Source: Phoronis australis (lineage: Eukaryota > Animalia > Phoronida). Taken from it: DNA of 64,000 nt. The stretch covers positions 125,872-189,871 of the forward strand of contig NMRA01000708.1 in assembly GCA_002633005.1 (NCBI GenBank), written 5' to 3'. The translations under genes and the position numbers were made by a program. Under the pieces are notes generated by a model. It saw only the letters and a program-made list of their open reading frames with translations, was not told where the DNA came from and ran no database searches. Shown here piece by piece: positions 60,037 to 64,000 of this stretch (its first letter is position 1; each line of letters opens with the position of its first letter).

Positions 60037-61019
60037 TTTGTCAGATCAACATTATACTCGCAAGCCAGAACATAATACAGTAGTGCAATAGTTTCCAACG
60101 TCTTGTATTCAGCTTTTGGTAAGATTATTCACTTTTGTACTATAGTCTGTATGAAAGATGGCTTTATTTCCCTTTTCCGTAAAGTTGATTGAGTTATACA
60201 GTAATTCCAATGCTTCGCATTATCCATTTAACCTTTAACTGCTTCTGTACTCCATGTGCAATTGCCAAACTACAAGTGTAGGGTACCATAATTGTCAGGT
60301 ACTTGGGACCCTGTTGAGAGACCTCAGTAAAAACGTACTTCTCATACTTCCGGTAGCCATTACTGTGTATACGATTAGCCTATTTTTTTTCTTCACGTTA
60401 GCCGTTGTGCCCAACGTATCGTTTTCACAGCTAACACATACCTGCTACTCAGGCTATGTCAAAGTTCGCGACTACCGTGTCGCGTAGTCTTATTGTTGTA
60501 GCTGTGTTCTAGTTTGTTCTATTTTGGTCTAAGTGTCATATAGCTTCATGCTGGGCAATCTATCTGGGAGGCTATTTATGAGAGGGCTTCGTATTGCGTG
60601 TAGCCACAGAGGGCGGGCAACCTTATTATTTTATGTGTGTGATCTGTTTGCTCTGTGCGGGCGTCCCGACAAGTCTCAAACGCATACAAAAGAGCCAAAT
60701 CACTTTACTGAAATGTAGTTATCCTTAAATTTCGTTATACTTGTTTTTTGTATGAGACCGTGTGGGCAATGCTTCTAAATGTTTTTATTACAGTCTCATT
60801 ATGAAAAATACTGGGAGAATTAGCCTTACCATGAGGATCAGTTTTTCTATCCTATGTCACATCATATTTCACATCGATGTTGTACTCTGTGAAATCTATG
60901 ATGTGCTCGTGGATGTGTTTGTATTGTTTTGTTTTGTTTTGTGTGTATGTGGTGTGAATGGGTCAGGATTGTACCATTATTATTTGATTGTCATTTGATA
61001 TATGTGCATAACCGTTGTA

Positions 61020-64000
61020 ATGATGACAGGTGAACTTAAAGTAACGTCATTGAACTGCAGAGGGCTGGGTCTCCATGAAAAACGAAAAGATGTACTCAAT
61101 TATTTAGGAGAAAAACAATACTCCATCTATTGCCTACAGGACACACACTTTACTAAGAGAGAAGAAAACAATATTAGATCAATGTTGGGATACGAATGTT
61201 TTTTCAATTCAAATTCCTCAAACTCCCGTGGAGTGGCGATCCTCTTTAAGAACACTTTTGAGTATAAATTACATAACATTAGGCAAGACTACAATGGTAA
61301 TAAATTAATTTTGGATATTACTATTAGTGAGACAAGAATTACGTTAATTAATACGTATTGTCCAAATAGGGACTCGCCGTCTTTTTTGAAAGAATAAAAC
61401 AAGATATTCAAGATATAGGAAATTACTCTGTTATTTGGGCAGGCGATTTTAATCTTGCTCTCGATAAGTCTAAGGACACGATTAATTATCGACAGGTTAA
61501 TAACCCAACGTCACGGATTAAGTTGATGGAGATTTGCACAGAATTGTCTATTGTTGATGTGTGGCGGGAACTAAACCCCAGTAGTAAAGAATATACTTGG
61601 AGAGCTGGAAGTAAACGATCCAGACTAGATTTTTTTCTAATTTCTGAAAATCTTTTAGCTGATATTGACGACACCATAATAGAATTTGGTTACCGTTCCT
61701 ATCATTCAATGGTAACGGGGTTTTTTTTTAAAGTGATGTTTCCAGGAGGAGAAAATCATTTTGGAAGTTTAATAATTCTCTCCTAAAGATCTCTGAGTAT
61801 ATTGCTGCAGTCAAGAATACTATTAAATTAGTTAAACAACAGTATACGACTGACGACATTCAGACTGTTGATAGTACAAGTAATTCTGATTTACAATTGT
61901 CTATAAATGATCAACTTTTTCTTGAAACGTTGTTGCTGGAGATTCGCGGCAAAACAATTTCCTTTGCTACTTACTTAAAAAGAAAAAGTGATAGAGTTGA
62001 ACAGCAACTTATCAAAGGAATAAGCTTGTTGGAAAGAAGTCTAAGCCTTGACAGGGAACTACTGGAACAAAAAAATAATTTACTTGCCGAGCTAAGGCAA
62101 ATAAGTTAAGAGGTCTTATGACTAGGTCGAGAGCAAGATGGATTGAAGAAGGTGAAAAGCCTTCCAAATATTTTCTTCACTTGGAAAATAGGCATTACAC
62201 AAGTAAGTTTATGCCTTTTTTGTGGAAATCTGAAAATACTAAAACCAATAGTGAAGAAGAGGTTATACAGGAAACCAAAACTTTTTATGAAAATCTATAC
62301 AAATATAGACAGACTAACAATACTTCTTTAAAAACTCTTCTTGATAATGTTTGTGTCTCCAAGCTGAATGAGACAGAAAAAGAAAAATTAGAAGGTCTTC
62401 TTACATATGAAGGAGTCACACAATGCTTGAAAAAAATGAAAAACAACAAAAGCCCAGGCTCTGATGGTTTTTCAGTGGAATTTTTAAATTTTTTTGGGGG
62501 CTGACATTGGACATTTCGTTGTTCGCTCACTTAATACAGGTTTTGCTGTTGGCCAGTTATCCTCAACACAGAAAGAGAGAGTGATCACCTGCATCCCTAA
62601 GGGAGCAGATAAAAGTAAACATTATTTGAAAAACTGGAGACCCATATCCTTGCTCAATGTGACATATAAATTGGCTTCTTCGGCAGTAGCTGAACGGTTA
62701 AAATCCGTTTTAGGAAAAGTAATCAGTAAGGACCAGACAGGTTTCGTTTCTGGAAGAAATATGAACGAAAATATCCGAGTGCTATATTATTTAATGTTTT
62801 ATGCCCAGGCAGCTAACAAACCTGGATTGCTTTTACTGATTGATTTTGAGAAAGCATTTGATTCATTGTCGTGGAATTTTATTCAAAAAATTTATCGTTC
62901 CTTAATTTTGGTTGGTCGATAAGAAGGTGGGTGAAAGTCTTTTTGTGTTGTCGTAAATGGTCACCCATCTTCTTGGTTCAATATTTCGCGTGGCTGCAGA
63001 CAAGGTGACCCATTGTCTCCCTACATTTTTATATTGTGCGCGGAGATTTTGGCGTATTTAATCAAGAATAATAAAAATATTGCTGGTGTAGTTGCTGGGA
63101 ATAAGGAATATTTGATTTCGCAATATGCGGACGACACATCAATTACGTTGGATGGGTCGAATTTGTCATTGACTACCACACTGGATGTACTGCATTCGTT
63201 TGCTAGTGTCTCCGGTCTCCAAGTGAATGTGGATAAAACAAAATCCATATGGTTTGGAAGTAAAACTGGTAGTGATGACGTGATTCCTACAAAAGAAATT
63301 TTGTCTTGGACAAAAAATCTTTTAGATTTTTGGGGGTGGATTTTGACACTCAATTGGATACTATGACGCATAAGAACTTCACTACAAGAATAACTGAGAT
63401 CAAGTCTTCACTAAAAAGTTGGAGTTGACGAAATTTAACGCCGTTTGGTAGAGTAACGGTAATTAAAACATTAGCTATTTCTAAACTTAATTTTTTGTTT
63501 TCAAGTTTACCAAATCCATCAGTGAAAGTCTTGAGTGAATTGAATACGACAATTTTTAGATTTGTATGGCAGGCCCGTAATGATAAAATTAAACGAACTA
63601 CGGCCTGTTTAGGACTTGATCGAGGGGGAATTCAAATGGTTAATTTAATATGCATACTTTCAACAAAGCTTTAAAACTCGCTATGGCCCGTAGATATCTG
63701 GAAAGCCCTGCGTCTAAAAGTGGTGAATTACTGTACGCACTCTACCCGTTCTTAAAATTTTTTGCTTCATTTGGAGATGACTTCATTAAGTCGAAGTTAA
63801 CTCTAATTGGTAATTCCTACTGGCGCGACGTATTTGAAAGTATGTTATCTTTCTACAAGAAAATAATTGTTGCAAGTAAAGAGGATGTTTTGAACCAACC
63901 TTTGTGGTTTAATAGTAACTTGGAGATCGGAGGCACAGGTGTTTTTTATAAGCCTTGGTTTGTAAAAGGCTTGAGATTTATTAGAGATATGTATACCTCT
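61020..64000 (+). pseudogene. LINE ORF2 (APE endonuclease and RT) broken by stops and frameshifts
   Basis: TSLNCRGL, YCLQDTH, SRGVAILF, AGDFN, SRLDFFLIS, SPGSDG, KNWRPISLLNVTYK, DFEKAFDS, QGDPLSP, QYADD spread over several frames. Confidence 0.92.

Larger units (their letters stand above)
59084..64000 (+). mobile_element. L1/Tx1-group LINE with an apparently intact 5' end; runs off the window
   Basis: Short 5'UTR, ORF1 at 59200-60036, ~1-kb spacer, then disrupted ORF2 with APE endonuclease and RT. Confidence 0.93.

Overview
Repeat-rich genomic DNA from an animal (about 39% GC, spliceosomal GT-AG introns), most likely a marine invertebrate; the taxon is inferred, not determined. Host genes: (1) a complete multi-exon AGGF1 orthologue (+, 18393-26872; coiled coil, OCRE, FHA, G-patch) that appears to have two mutually exclusive exons only 33 nt apart; (2) an intronless ~712-aa acidic orphan ORF with nine 21-22-aa tandem repeats (+, 9543-11682); (3) an intronless secreted PAN/apple plus tectonin-like beta-propeller protein (-, 35132-36301); (4) an MFSD4/NAGLT1-like MFS transporter (-, 42973-46704) with a 1-bp frameshift. 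The rest is mostly transposon-derived. It includes a degenerate Ty3/Gypsy element whose gag is interrupted by a 5'-intact L1/Tx1-type LINE, Penelope-like GIY-YIG fragments with a minimal hammerhead ribozyme motif, CR1/L2-like RT fragments, a Ginger-like integrase relic, foldback/MITE elements, tRNA-derived SINE heads and a HINE-like element. A 3.4-kb and an 83-bp tandem duplication each have a single N at the junction and are probably assembly artefacts. All calls are by eye from the sequence; no database searches were run.
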